Below are positions 1 through 12,800 of a DNA stretch of 64,000 bases, piece by piece (positions within the stretch are counted from its first letter, which is position 1; each line of letters opens with the position of its first letter). The stretch is from assembly GCA_000388065.2 (NCBI GenBank), contig KB932205.1. The stretch is one strand, 5' to 3'. Origin of the DNA: Fonticula alba ATCC 38817. Its lineage: Eukaryota; Protista; Nucleariida. The notes below the pieces were generated by a model. The model had not been told where the DNA came from, searched no databases, and saw only the letters and a program-made list of their open reading frames with translations. The position numbers and the translations under genes were made by a program.

Positions 1-2056
1 AGGACCATGCGCGATATTCCTCCAACCGGATGGGCCTGAAAAACAGGCGATCAACCATTTTCTGCTTGACCATCGAGGCCGGGAGGGGGGGGGGGGGGAT
101 GTTTGGATCTCGAGGAACGTGTTGCCAGTGGTACTCGAGGGTCAGAACCCAGACCGAGGGGGGGCCGCAGGTCGGGGCGAAGCTCAGCGAGGAATCGGAC
201 GACCGTGCCTGTCGGGGCTTGGCGCCAAGAGCTTTCAGGTCTACAGTTTGGGAGACAGCGTCCGTCCTGCTAACATGTGCACAGGGGGGCCCTTGGGCCG
301 TGGCCGCGGCTCGCCCCGCCCCCCGAGCAGGCGGCTGTCGTGCGTATTGGGGGTCCGACCAAAAGTCGACCCGCTGCGAAGCGCACTGGGCGAAGGTGCG
401 GAGGATGCCCCTGGCGCTTCGGTGGCCCTTCACGGGGCGGAGCAGCCACCGCCCTGGCCCATCGGAGCGCCGGGAACCAGACGCAGGCCCGCGTCCTCAG
501 ACCTTTCGTCCCCCCTCCCCCCCCCTTGTGGTGCGGGGACACAGCTTGGCTCCCTTTCGGTCTGCCCTCCCGCCGCGCCCCCTCGCCCCCCACGGCGTGC
601 GGGCTCCGCGGGCCGGTACACGGGGCGGGGGCATAGCCGGGTCATTTCACAGAGTCCAGAGCCAGCCAAGTCGATTCACGTGCCGGTGCCGCCCGCCCGC
701 TCCCAAGAACAAGCGGCCCATCATCTGCCAACACATCTCAGCTCAGGCCCCGGGGCGTTTCTTGCGGCGAGCCACTGTGCGCTCTGCTTTCCGCGGTATC
801 CGGGCCTGGCCGAGTGGATTGGCACGACTGAGGCGGAGCCAGGTTGAGGGCGGGGGGGGGGGGACCGAATTAATACGCCCCCCTCCATCCCTGACAGAAG
901 GTCGTCGTCTGCGCAAGACAAGCTCGTTGCCTCCGAGCAGGGGTGGCTGGGCAACGGCATGTCGTGCGGAATGTGCGTCCCTTCCTCGGTCCCGAGATTC
1001 TTGTGTGTGTGTGTGGGGGGGGGGCACGGCACCTGCGCACACGTTGGGGTGCCCCCTGTCGCCGCCCTTCCGCCACGCGCGCCGGCCCCGAGCAGGGAGA
1101 GGGGTCCTGCATGGAAGGCCCGAGAGAGAGGGGCGGGAGGGGCGCACCGATCGGCAGGGCTCCTCCGCCTAATGGCGCATGTCTCGCGCCCGATTGGGTG
1201 TGCGAAGGTCGGGGTTCTCGCGGTCCCGGCACCCGCCGAGATACGGGCCAGCAAATGGTCCCACGCAGGCCCCCCCCCCCCCGCTCTGCCCCGCCCCACC
1301 TGTAGAGGACCACAGGGACGGGGGGGGGGGACGGGGCTAACGAGAGGCGGGGAACTGGCTATGGAAGTCCCCGGTTGCAGGCTGAAAATAGCCCCAGGGA
1401 GAGACATAGGCACGGCAGGGGGGGGGGGGGGGGGCGGGGGCACGCTCACACGAGGGCCCCGCCAGTCGGCACCCCAGAAGCAAGGCTCCCGCGGCGGTCT
1501 GGCGCGCTCCAGAGAGTGCCCGACCGGCGCCTTTTTCCCACACATCCCCCCGTTTGTCCGCCCCAGGGAAGCTGGCCCCCTCGGCCCTTCGGTTCCTGGG
1601 GCACCGGGGCCCCTCCCGTTCAAGCATGGCAATCTGGCCCCGCCCGGGGGGGGGGGGGGGGGGGGGTGTCGACACTCTTGCCTCAACGGCCGCTCCCCCA
1701 GAGCCGAACACCCCATCCCACCCCACCCCGCCACTCTTCACCTCCTCCCACCTCCTCCCACCCCTGTCCCTTTGACGCTCTCTTCTCGGCCCCGCTGCCT
1801 GCCGGGTCTGATTGTCCTCCCCCCCCCCTCCCCTCCCTCCCCTAGGGGTGCCGTCAGCCCCCTGAGCGTGCCGCGTCCTCTCGCGCCGCTCCCGCTTTTT
1901 CTGGGTGTGCCTCCCCCTGTCTTTCTCTCTCTCTCTCCCTCTCTCTCCCTCTTTGCCCCCTGATCCCCTTCCCGGGAGCCATGCGCGCTGACCTCCTCCC
2001 CCTCCCTGCCCCCTTCGGCCCTTCTCCCTGCTCCCCATCTCGGCCCCAGTCCCAGG

Positions 2057-4026
2057 ATGGGTTTCTTCCGCGAGTCGCCTGCCCAGCAAATTGAGTCCTC
2101 CTCCAGCTGGTCACTGGATTTGACCGATGCCGACATCTTCGGCGCCAGCCCGGATGCCGGCGGGGAAACCGGCCCCCAAAGTGTCAACCTCTCCGACGAG
2201 CCTGCCTCCTCGACGACCGGCCCCGGGCGCCGGTCACGGGCCTCCCCCGGGGGCGAGCTCTTCCTCGGCAGCATGCCGATCGGTGATCTGCGCGACCGGA
2301 TCCGCAGCACCGGTGTCCTGGAGGCCCTCCGGCAAAAGGGCTACTGGGATTTGACCCTCGAAACCGACCTCAGTGATCCGTTTGTCCACTCGTTCTTCAT
2401 CTTTGCCAACGCCTCGTCCGGTCGCCGGGGCCCTTGCGACGCTCCGGGCCCGAGCGCCAGCGCCGATGCCAAGCCGCCGGGCACCACGACCGGCGGGGCT
2501 CCCGAGCGCCTGCTCCTGGTGCAAGTATGCTTCCGCGACATCAAGGACCCTGGGCAGCTGAAATATGCCCTTCATGTGCAGCCAACTCCCAGCCAGCTTC
2601 TGGCGCGGCGCGGACTCAGTCGCAGTCCCAGCGCCGCGAGCGTTGTCGACAACAGCACCGCCGGCGGGCTGGCGGCCGATGGCTCCAGCTCCGAGCCCCT
2701 CTCGACCAGCCAAACCCCCTCCCCCGTCGGCTCTCGATCGGCGTCGCGGTCCGACTCTGGGGCCCTGTCTGTCGGGGCCAATGGAAATGGCCCGGCCGCC
2801 GCCTCCTCCTCTTCCCTCAGCCCGGGGCAGGAGTACTTCGCGTCCTTCATCCTGCCCTTGGCTTCACAGCGCCTTCGTTTGCTTGGACTGGACTGGATGT
2901 TGCTCCAATCGCCCAATGAGAGCTTCTCCCCGACGCGGCCGGCGCTCCCCGGCCAAACACACCCCGGGCTTGGGATCCTCCGCCACATGGGGGATGTCAT
3001 TGGATGGATTGCCTCCGAGCGTCTCCGGTGCGATGCGCTGGTCAATGCGCCGGCCCACTTCCACAATGCCTATATCTACTCGCGCTTTGGCTATGCCTTC
3101 GCCGATCCCGAGGTCCAGGCGGCCTTTAATGCCGTTGCTCGGGATTTGGACCGAGACCAGGAGGCCGCGGCGATTGTGGCTCGGCAAACCGCCGGGCGGG
3201 ATGGCAACACGGCCACGGCCCCGATGACGGGTACCCCCTCCGGGACTCCATCCGAGTCTCCGAGCCCCCCTGCTCGACAGCACACCTACTCGGCGGTGGC
3301 TGCGTCTGGGCGTCGTGGGTCCGGTGTCCTGTCGAGCCGTGTGGGCTTGGCCCTGGTGGCGAATGCCGTCCTGCAGGGCCGTCTACGCCTGCGGTTGCCA
3401 CAGATGCGCGACATTTGCGGATGTCCCGATGGCTGCCCGGCCGCCATCGGGCCTGAGCAAGATCCCCCCGAAGACCCGGTGGTCATCTGGCGCCCCGAGG
3501 AACAGCTCTTCCCCCTGAGCCCGCGTTTCCGGACATACCTCACCAGCCGGCGGTACACCGAGCTCCGGGATGCCTTTGCTCGCCAGGCCCGGGCCTTCCG
3601 CTGGCCCGGGGCCCGGTCCCCCCCTCCGGCCCCGGCCAGTCTTTCGCGCACGGTCCTTGGATGGTTCACCGGTGAGCATGCGCTCGAGCCGGCGCCGGGT
3701 CTGTTTTACATTGACTGGGATGCCTCGCTGGCCGATACCGCCCAGCTGGAGGCCGCCCTGAGCGTGGTGGATGCCACTCGCCTGTATCAGGCTCGCTTGG
3801 AGCAGCTCCTCCTGGACCGGCCATGTCGAGTGGTTGCCCCGGCCGGGGCGGCTGGCACTTCGGCCCCCATCACCGGCGTCGGGATCGACTCGCCGGCCGC
3901 CTCGCCGCCCTGTCCCAATATCGACGCCTCGTCGGCCAGCGCCCACCCCAGCCCGAGCCCCAGCGGCAATGTCGCCACCGGCACCGAGGCAGCAAATGCC
4001 GCGGCCACGGGGCCCTCTGCCTCGAT

Positions 4027-4065
<39 letters not shown>

Positions 4066-4243
4066 TCGAACCGAGTGCGGCACCGCCAGCCGAGCCAGCG
4101 CCAGCACGAGTGCCTCTCCCTCTTCAGATTCCCCTCTTTCCGTCGTGGCGGCCGCCAATGGTGGTGGTCCGGGGGGGACACAGCACAGCACGTATCCCCG
4201 GATGGGGCTTCTCTCGAATTTCCACTACCCGAGCGCCTCGTAG
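2057..4243 (+). CDS. Intronless 728-aa protein: conserved core resembling an uncharacterised bacterial domain with probable GNAT fold, interrupted by S/P/A/G-rich insertions
   Basis: Long ATG-to-TAG ORF with coding-like codon usage. Globular blocks: LEALRQKGYWDLTLETDLSDPF, LGLDWMLLQSPNESFSPTRPALPGQTHPGLG, DALVNAPAHFHNAYIYSRFGYAFADP, VVIWRPEEQLFPL. Family assignment is from memory. Confidence 0.75.
4028..4063 (+). repeat. (GGC)n trinucleotide repeat encoding poly-Gly in the 2057-4243 ORF
   Basis: ggcggcggc... run directly visible. Confidence 0.9.
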
Positions 4244-6760
4244 ACAAAGTGTCCTTCTCCTCCTTCTCCTCCTCTTTCGTGCATTTGTACGTGTGCACGC
4301 GCGTATAGACGTACATCATACCTACCCCCCCCCCCCCGCTCCTCCTCTCTCTTTCGCTCCTTTCAACACATGTGTATGTGCGCTATTATTCGGGAGGGAT
4401 GGTCTCTCGGGGGCCGGATGCAGGCGGGCGGGGGGAGCCGGTTCCCGGGCGAGATCTCCCGACTCCATGTGACGGACGAGTACACCCACACGTGCTCACA
4501 CGCGGAGCCAAACAAGGCCCTCTCGATCCGACGAGTCGTGCTCCTTGGATGGCGTGTGATCACATGAACACACCATGGTCCATGCAGTTAGGGTCGCAGA
4601 GGCCCGCCTGGTACCCCAGGGCGACATCGTGACCCGAGAACATGCGCGTGAGTATAGAATGCTATGGAGGCTTTCGCCTGTTCCAAGGGCAGGGCCCAGA
4701 TCCGTCCGGCGAGGCGCCGGGGGCACTTTCGGAGGAATCTCCACACAATACAATCTCTTCTTGTTCCCGCGATCCCGTTTGTCCATCGGGCTCTTCCATA
4801 TATGACTCATGTAACAGCCTGGAGGGGGGGGGGTGGCGGCTATGCGGAGAGCGCGGCATCGGCTGGGTCCACACGGGGCCGGGCCCGAGGGATGCCCCGA
4901 CCACGCCCTGGGGCCGGGTCCTTAACCGACCGATGACACCCGGAGACGACGTCCCAGCGAAGAGGGCAACCACCGGCGGCCTGCTCCTGTGCGGCCGGAA
5001 GGCCGAGGCGGGGCGCAGGGGCACAGAACACTGGCAGCAAACGCGCCCCCCCCCCCCCCCCCCGCCTCTTCTGGGGCCTTGTGCATTGATGGTGGTCGGC
5101 CAGCCTGCCGGGGAATGTCCACCGCCGGGGGGCGCAGCCGATCACATTCGCGCGGTGGGCAACTGACGCGGCAGCCCATAAGTCAATAAGGTATTTTTAT
5201 TTAGTATGATAAGCATGTGTGGGCACCCTTCTGTCCCCTGCCCTCGCCCGACCTTGGATCGTGTCCGCAGCCCCGGTCTCTGCGCTTGGCCCTTTGCCTT
5301 TTCCGGCGGGGAGGCCCGCCCGCCACGGGCCCACGCGGCGGGGGCGGCGTCTCCGGGACCGGGGCTAGGGGCCGCCGGGAAGCGGGGAGCAGGGCCCCCC
5401 TCCCCCCGCGGGGGCAGGAGCTGGGGGAAAGGCCAACAGAGGGTGAGAGAGACACCGAGAGAGCGAGAGGGAGACCGAGAGAGAGAGAGAGACGAGGAGC
5501 TCAACGTCCACTGGCGCCATTTCCTCCTCGCCCTATCGGTCTGGCCTTCCCCCGGGCCTCAGGGGTACCTCCCCTGGGGGGACGCTCGAGGTGCTGGTTC
5601 CCCTCGCCCCTCAGTCCTGGCCCCACCGGCTAGCCGGGGGTCCAGAGTGGGGACGGGTGCTCCCGGCTGGCCGGCCGCGCCCGCGCGTCTGCAGTTTTAT
5701 GGTGTGTACATGCATGTATGCATGCACGCATGTGTGTGTGTGTGTGTGNNNNNNNNNNNNNNNNNNNNNNNNNNNNNNNNNNNNNNNNNNNNNNNNNNNN
5801 NNNNNNNNNNNNNNNNNNNNNNNNNNNNGCCGGAACCGGTGGCCGAAGAAGTGCGCCCTCAGGCGGGCAACCTGCAGGGGGGGAGGGCGTGGCAAGGGGG
5901 GAGGGGGGGGGGGGGGCCGGGTGTGGCCAGGCGGCCGGGTGACGAGGGGTCGCCCTCAAAAAAAAATCGGTCCGGGCGGGGCCGACGAAAGGCCATCAGG
6001 CCATTCTAGTGGGGATTGTTTTTTTCTGCCAATCGCAGAATGATCATCACATTCCAGATTGAGATGCCCATTCCCGGGAAGGCACGCTCAGACCGCTGCT
6101 TTCCCCCCCCCCCCGCCCGCACATCCGGGCGCGTGAGGAGAAACCCGCGAAAAGTGCAAGGGGCGGACTCCGATACACATCGCGGCGAAGGGCTTCTGTC
6201 GCTGGGCCCTCTGTGTGTGCCCCCCCCCCCACCCCCCACCCCTTGTCCGTCCCGGTCGCACCCCCCTGGCCTCCCGGAGGCCGGGCTGAGATCTGCCCGT
6301 GCCATGCCCGTTTTGATTGGGGCCGGGGGTCGGCCAGGCGCGAGGCCAGGCAAGGCCCGCGGTCAGGCAGGGACTGACCACCGGAGGCCCTTCCCACACG
6401 AATATCGGCTCCCTCCCCCGGCCCCGGCCTCGGGCTGCCGGATGCGGTGGCCGTCAACTGGGCTTCCGTCGGCGGGGACCGGCCCCTGCCACCTTGGCAT
6501 TGAAGGCCCCACTCCCCCCTCCTCCCTCCCTCGCCAAGAGCCAGTCCCGCGCAGAGGCCTAAACTTGCGCGCGTGCGCGCGCGCCAAGCGAAGGACGCGG
6601 GCAGGGGGGACACGCCGCGCCGGTTCTCGCGTGGGCCTGGCCCTGGTGCTCGGGGCCATTGCCCCAGTCCCGTGTGTGATGGGCGTGGCTGGCTGCGAGG
6701 CTGCACGCCTCCTGCTGCTGCTGCGCATGCTTCTCCCCAGGGGCACGGCCGGCCCTCCGC

Positions 6761-6805
6761 ACCAGCCGACCCAGACACCAGCCGACCCAGACACCAGCCG
6801 ACCCC
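6761..6805. repeat. Short tandem repeat, 16-bp unit ACCAGCCGACCCAGAC x~2.8, followed by (GACACACC)n
   Basis: accagccgacccagac accagccgacccagac accagccgacccc directly visible. Confidence 0.85.
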
Positions 6806-7259
6806 CTCACTTTCTGGAGACGCACCCACACCAACACACCGACACACCGACACACCGACACACCCACACATAAACGGCGAATCATCCCCCCCCCCCATTC
6901 CGCCTCTGTTCAACACAGGACCCAACCCTCCTCCCGCCGGCCGATCGCCGGGGGCCATCAGCCCACTTCTCCACCGAGCCGGGGCAGCGCCCTTTTCGGA
7001 CAGTGCCGGGCACCAGTGCCACGCACGAAGCCCTCTTCCACCTCTTTCTTCGGTTGCCCCCTGCCCTCGCCTCGCCTTCCGTCCTCTTCTCCGCTCTCGT
7101 CACGCCCCCACTCTCATCCATCCACCCCCTTTGCCTTTCCCGCCCCGCCGCCCCAACTCCCGTACGTGCCGCCTTCCGCGCCCCGGCCAAGATCTTCTCC
7201 TGATTCCCCCGCCCCCGTTGCCGGCCCCACCGCCCTCGACCGATGGCACACGACCCTCC

Positions 7260-7298
<39 letters not shown>

Positions 7299-7401
7299 TC
7301 CTGAACAGGTCGGTCGCGGCCCCCCCCCCCCCCCCCCCTCTCCCACTCTCCTCTGCCCTCGCGCACACGCGCACCCACACCCACACCCACACATCCCATC
7401 C

Positions 7402-9825
7402 ATGTCTACCTCCTCGCGGCAGAGCTCCCCGGCACCGGCTTCGCCGGTCAGCACCCAGAGCAGCTTGCAATTGGAGCCGGGTGCCACCGCCTCGCCGACC
7501 TCCTCCACAGCAAGCAGTGGCAGCATCGCCGGGCACTCGCCTCCCTCGGCCTCGATCTATCCCGCCATGTCCGAGAGCATGCCGGCCCTGGTGTCGGTCT
7601 CGACGCCGAACCTGGCCCCGGCCTCCCAGCGGGTATCCTTCAGCAGCCTGGGCATCGAGCTGCCCGGGGAGACCGCCAGCGGGTCGGCCTCTTCGCCGGC
7701 CCTCGCGCCGCTGACCATCCCCTCGCCGTCGACCAGTGGCGGAGGCAACAGCCCCCGGTCGGCGCCAGCCGGCCAGCCGCCGGTGCCCTGCCGCCATGCG
7801 CTGTCCATCTCGGTGGAGGTCATCGAGGCCAAAGATCTCAAGGAGCGCTATGACACATACTGCACCATCACCGTCAACCAGGAGGAGAAGTTCCGCACCA
7901 AGTCCCAGCTCCTCACCCATGAGCCGGAGTTCAATGAGCAGTTCTATGTGTGCGTGTGCCTGGGCTCCTGGTATCCTGCTCGCCGCTCCCCCTCGGCCGG
8001 AGGGGTCGCACGCAGCCACTGACCCGTCCTTTGTCCGTGCTCATTGCCCAGTCCGCTGGAGGTGGACTTCCGCGCGCTGGATGTTGTTCTTTGGGACGAG
8101 AAGCGCCTCATCTCCGACCGGGCCCTCGGCCGGGTGTCCTTCACCAAGGACTTCCTCCGCATGCGCTCCGGCAAGATGCTCGAGCAGTGGTATCCCCTCA
8201 GCTCGCCCGGCTCCGACAGCGTGGTGTCCGGTGATGTGAAGCTCGAGATGGGTCTCATCCCGGGTGCCCAGCCGGGCGGCAACCACCGGCTGATTGTGAG
8301 CGGTGTGTACTCCTCCCTCCCTGTCTCGGTCTCTTCCTCTGTCTCTGCCCCGTCCCGCCCCGTTCCCCCGAGAGGCATTTCTCGATCTCTGCTGACGCCA
8401 TTCGCCCCCTCCCTCCCTGCCGTGGCGGCGGTGCCGCGACCGCCCAGTGTCCGAGGCGCGCGACCTGCTGGGCCGCGACTCGGCCACTCCCCCGGACACC
8501 TATGTCACGCTGCACATGTTCCCCGACGAGCAGATGGCCCTGCCCACCCGGGCCACGCGTGTCTTCCTCCGGTCATCGGCCCCCAAGTTCCAGCAGACCT
8601 TCGAGTTTGAGTTCGCCGGCGATGTGGGCACCCACTCGCTGCATGTGGCCCTGTGGGACCATGCGCGCTACCCGGGCAACGACTTCATGGGACACTTCTC
8701 CGTATCCATGGCCGATCTGCCGGAAAACTGGACCATCAGCGAATGGTTCCCACTGCTGCCCCCGCCGTCGGGGCTGCTGCAGTCCCTTGGCATCAAGGCG
8801 GAGGATGGCCGGCCGCTGTCCTTCATCCCGCGCTTCCGGCGGAACCGCTCGAGCACCGGTGCGCCTACACACACACACACACACACGCACACATGCACAC
8901 ATATGCCCTTTCTCGTTCTCCCTCCCTCTCTGTTCCCCCTTCTATGTCTCCAGCACCGGGATCAGTGCCCTTCTTGCTCCCCCCCCCCTGACCTGTACAT
9001 CTCCTCACCACCACCGCCACCGCCATTGATTCAGGCGGCCTGTCGGAGCTTCTGTCCCGGCCGCGGACCTTTATTGAGTCCTTCCAGAAGGCCCCCCTGG
9101 ACCAGGGGCCCATGGCCCTGGCCGCCATGCGCGGGTCCATTCGTTTGCGCGTGAGCTACTCCGAGGAGTACATCCTCGAGCGGAGCCATTACCTGCCGCT
9201 GGTGCGGCACATTTCCCGGCGGGACTTCCTCCTGTCGGCCATGCTCGGCCGGTGGTCGGCCGCCCGTGAAAGCCTGTCTCTGACGCTGATGCGAGTGTTC
9301 GATGAGAATGGCATCCTGGTGCCCTTCCTCCACTCGATGATTCGCGTGGAGCTGGCCCAGACCACCGACGTGAACACCCTCTTCCGTGCCAACTCTCTGG
9401 CCAGCAAGGGCATCGACGTTTTCATGAAGGCATCTGGCCATGCGTTCCTGGTCAATACCATCGGCCAGCCGGTGCGGGATCTCATCCTGTCCAAGAAGTC
9501 CTTCGAGGTGCGTGTGCATTCCCCCTCCCCTACCGCTCCCGGGGGAGGGAGGTGGGGCAGTGGCCCCTGCTCGATCGAACAGGGGCCTTTTCAGCTGAGA
9601 CCGGCAGCCCGGAGCCGCGTCTTTTGCTGCTGCTGCTGCCGCTGGCTTTCCTTCCCCCCCCCCCCCGGGCTGCCGCAGACACCAGCATGCCCCCCCACCC
9701 CCCCCCCCCCCTCCCCCCGCGGGAAGCCTCGGCGGGCGGTGGCGGGGGGGGCGTTTCCAGTGGGAACCGCAGAGGGTCCCCGCTGGGGCCGATGGTGGTG
9801 CATGGGGGTGCCGGTTGGGGGGGGT

Positions 9826-9868
<43 letters not shown>

Positions 9869-12800
9869 CGGAGGAAAGCACAACCCACTGCGGAGCCCGC
9901 CGGCCCTGAGCCGAGCTTGGGTTTCTCGGGCGGGCCTGGCTGAGACGGGGGGCGTGCTGGAGGAAGGGGAGGGGCAACCGTGCGGTCAGACGTTCCTCCG
10001 GCCCGCAAAATCGGGCCTTTTTGTCGCGCTCCGGGATACCTCCCGCCGGGGATGTCCCCCCCCCCCCCGCCCCCGCATGGCTTCCTTCCCCACCCAGCTC
10101 GGCGTGCAGGGCCCGAGGCGGCCCGCCCGCGCCCAAGGGCTCGCCCTCTCCTCTGACTGGGGCTGGCGTCTGGGGCAAATGCGCTCTACGCGCGATACTC
10201 GCCCCGGCTGGGACTCCGACGCGCGATGCCAAAGGGCCCCGGATCCTGCCCCTCCGTCAACAAAAAGCGCCAGTCCTCAGCGGAGACCCCCGCCCCCCCC
10301 CNNNNNNNNNNCCCGGCATGTGCTGACGCGTATACCTTTTCACACGTTCCTGGATAACGTACACGTACACACGTACACACGTACGAAAACACACCCGCCG
10401 GCAGGTCGACCCCATGCGTCTTGCCAAGGGCGAGGATATCGACAAGAACTGGAAGAACATCGAGCACTTCCTGGGTATCATCATCAAGGCGATCATCAAC
10501 TCGGTGAAGCACTGCCCACCGGCTTTCAGCTTGATTTTCAGCTTCATCCAGGCTGAGGTGATCGCTCGGTTCCCAGACAGCACGGCGGCCCGGTACACAT
10601 CCATTTCGGGGTTCTTCTTCCTGCGATTCTTCTGCCCGGCCATCTTGGGCCCGAAGCTCTTCGGACTGTGGGACGGTACGTGAGGCACTCGTCCGGAGGC
10701 GTCTTCCTTTTCTGCCTTCCTCCCCCCCTCCCCCCCTGTCTCTTTTCCCTTGGCCCATGCCCCGCCTCTGCTTTGGCGCATATTTCCCCTCTCCCCTCCC
10801 GGCCGCCTGCACCGGGCAGCTTCCATTCATGCAGCGCCACCATGGCCATCCACTCACTCCTACTTTGGTCCTCCATCCCGCGCCAAAACAGAGGCCATCG
10901 ACCCGCGCCAGGCCCGCGGTCTGACCCTTATTGCCAAAATCATCCAGAGCATGGCCAATCTGGTGGAGTTCGGCAACAAGGAGGCCTTCATGACGCCCAT
11001 CAACGATGTGATTTACCAGTACATCCCCTCCATCAAGGAGCTGCTCGATGAGATCTCCGTACGTCAGGCAGAACCCCACGGCAGCCCGAATGTCGATACA
11101 CACGCGCACACAACAAGCGGAGGCTGACTCTCAGTAATATGCCATGTGCCATCTATGCACACGCACACGCACACGCACACGCACACGCACACGCACACAC
11201 ACAGTCCCCCCTTCCGGAGTTCCATGTCAGTAAGCTCCCCAAGCGCATGATCTCTTGGGATGTGCCGAACCCCCTCTTCTCCGACCACTCGGACTATGAG
11301 CGCCAGTGCTTCCGGCTGTTCACCTATCTGGAAACCGAAAGCAAGAAGGTTTCCCAGCACCTGGACCCCTCGGAGTATGCGCTGTTCGACGAGCTGCAGG
11401 ACATGCTGGACGACTTGCGCGAGAAGCACCGGTCTTGCGAGGACTTCTTCAAGGCCCGGACCAATCGCTACTCCATGTCCAGCCCGTTGAGCTCCACCTC
11501 GCTGAACCTGTCCTCCGAGCTGTCCAGCAAGAACCCCTTCTCCAGCGGCCTGCGCCTGTCGCGCCTGTCGGCCGGGTCTCTGGGGGCCTCTTCCCCGGGG
11601 TCGGTCTCCTCGTCCTCTCCCTCGCCGCACTCGGCGCCGATGGTCCCCTCGCCGCTAAGCACCGGTGCCCATACCCCGCGATCCGACGACCCGCATGAGC
11701 TTGAGTGGGCCTTCAGCCAGTCGGCCGGCAGCTCGCCCAAGCACCGGACCTCGATCCTGGTCCCCATCGGGTCGCCCTCGGCCATGGCCGCGGCTGCGGG
11801 CGTGGCCAATGCCGTCGCCGAGACCCCGGTCCTGGCCGCCAGCCTCACCTCGACGAGTGATGTTTCAACCACCCCTCTGGTGGGAGACATTGCCCTGGCC
11901 TGTGAGGAGGAGGTTCCGTCGGGCGATCTGCCCACCCTGCCGGACGCGGTGGTTGATGACCCGGCCCCGCCGGTGCCCGTGGAGTCCACCGATGCCGAGG
12001 CATCGCCAGCCACCGACAAGCAGGCCGACTCGCCATCTGGCGCGCCGACCGAGCCGCAATCCCCGGTGCTGGACACCACTCCGGGCGACTTCCACAAGGC
12101 CAGGGAGGTCTTCCTGGCCGCCGAGGAGTCATACATCCCGGCGCCAAGTGCCCAGTTCGCCGTGGCCCAGCCGAACTTCCTCACCGCCGACAAGACCATT
12201 GCCATGGAGGATTCGGTGCGTGTGCCGCGCTGGCTCTTTTGCGCCTGCCCTGCTCCATGTTGCCGAGTGGGGCCGGACATTTCCCCTTTTCCTGCTGCTC
12301 CTTTGGTCCCTGGTTTGCCCCCTCCCCTGCTCGACACTTCCTTCTGGTGAACTAGCACCATGCCACCGGCCAGCCATTCTCCCTTCTTACCTCTGCCCCC
12401 CTTCCCTCTCTCTCTCTCTCCCCCCCCCCCCGGATCAAAGGTTGTCCTCACTGGGGTTTTGTCCACGCCGACGATTGTCCGCTCCCCGGCGCCGATGCCG
12501 ACACCAGTGGTGGCCATGGACCTGCCGGTGGCCTCCTCGGTCCCGGCTGCGGCGGCCCCCTTGGAAGAGATTGTCATGCCGGCCCTGCCGGCCAGCCTGA
12601 CAGCCGCCACCGGGCCCACGATCACGCCCTCTGCCTCCACGGTGACCACCTTCATCATGCCGCTGCGTGCGGATCTCGCGGAGCCGGTGCCGGTGGCCCC
12701 CTACTCGGATGCCGGGCCGCCGATGTCCACGTACATTGCCCAGGCCAATACGCTGACCGTGTCGGTCAGCCCGATGCCCGAGCCGCTGGTGATGCAGGAG

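Noticed and set aside
30-1963. Long overlapping ORFs of 300-380 aa
   Set aside because: Pro/Arg/Gly-rich translations of GC-rich DNA with homopolymer runs, no domain motifs, and open in several frames at once.
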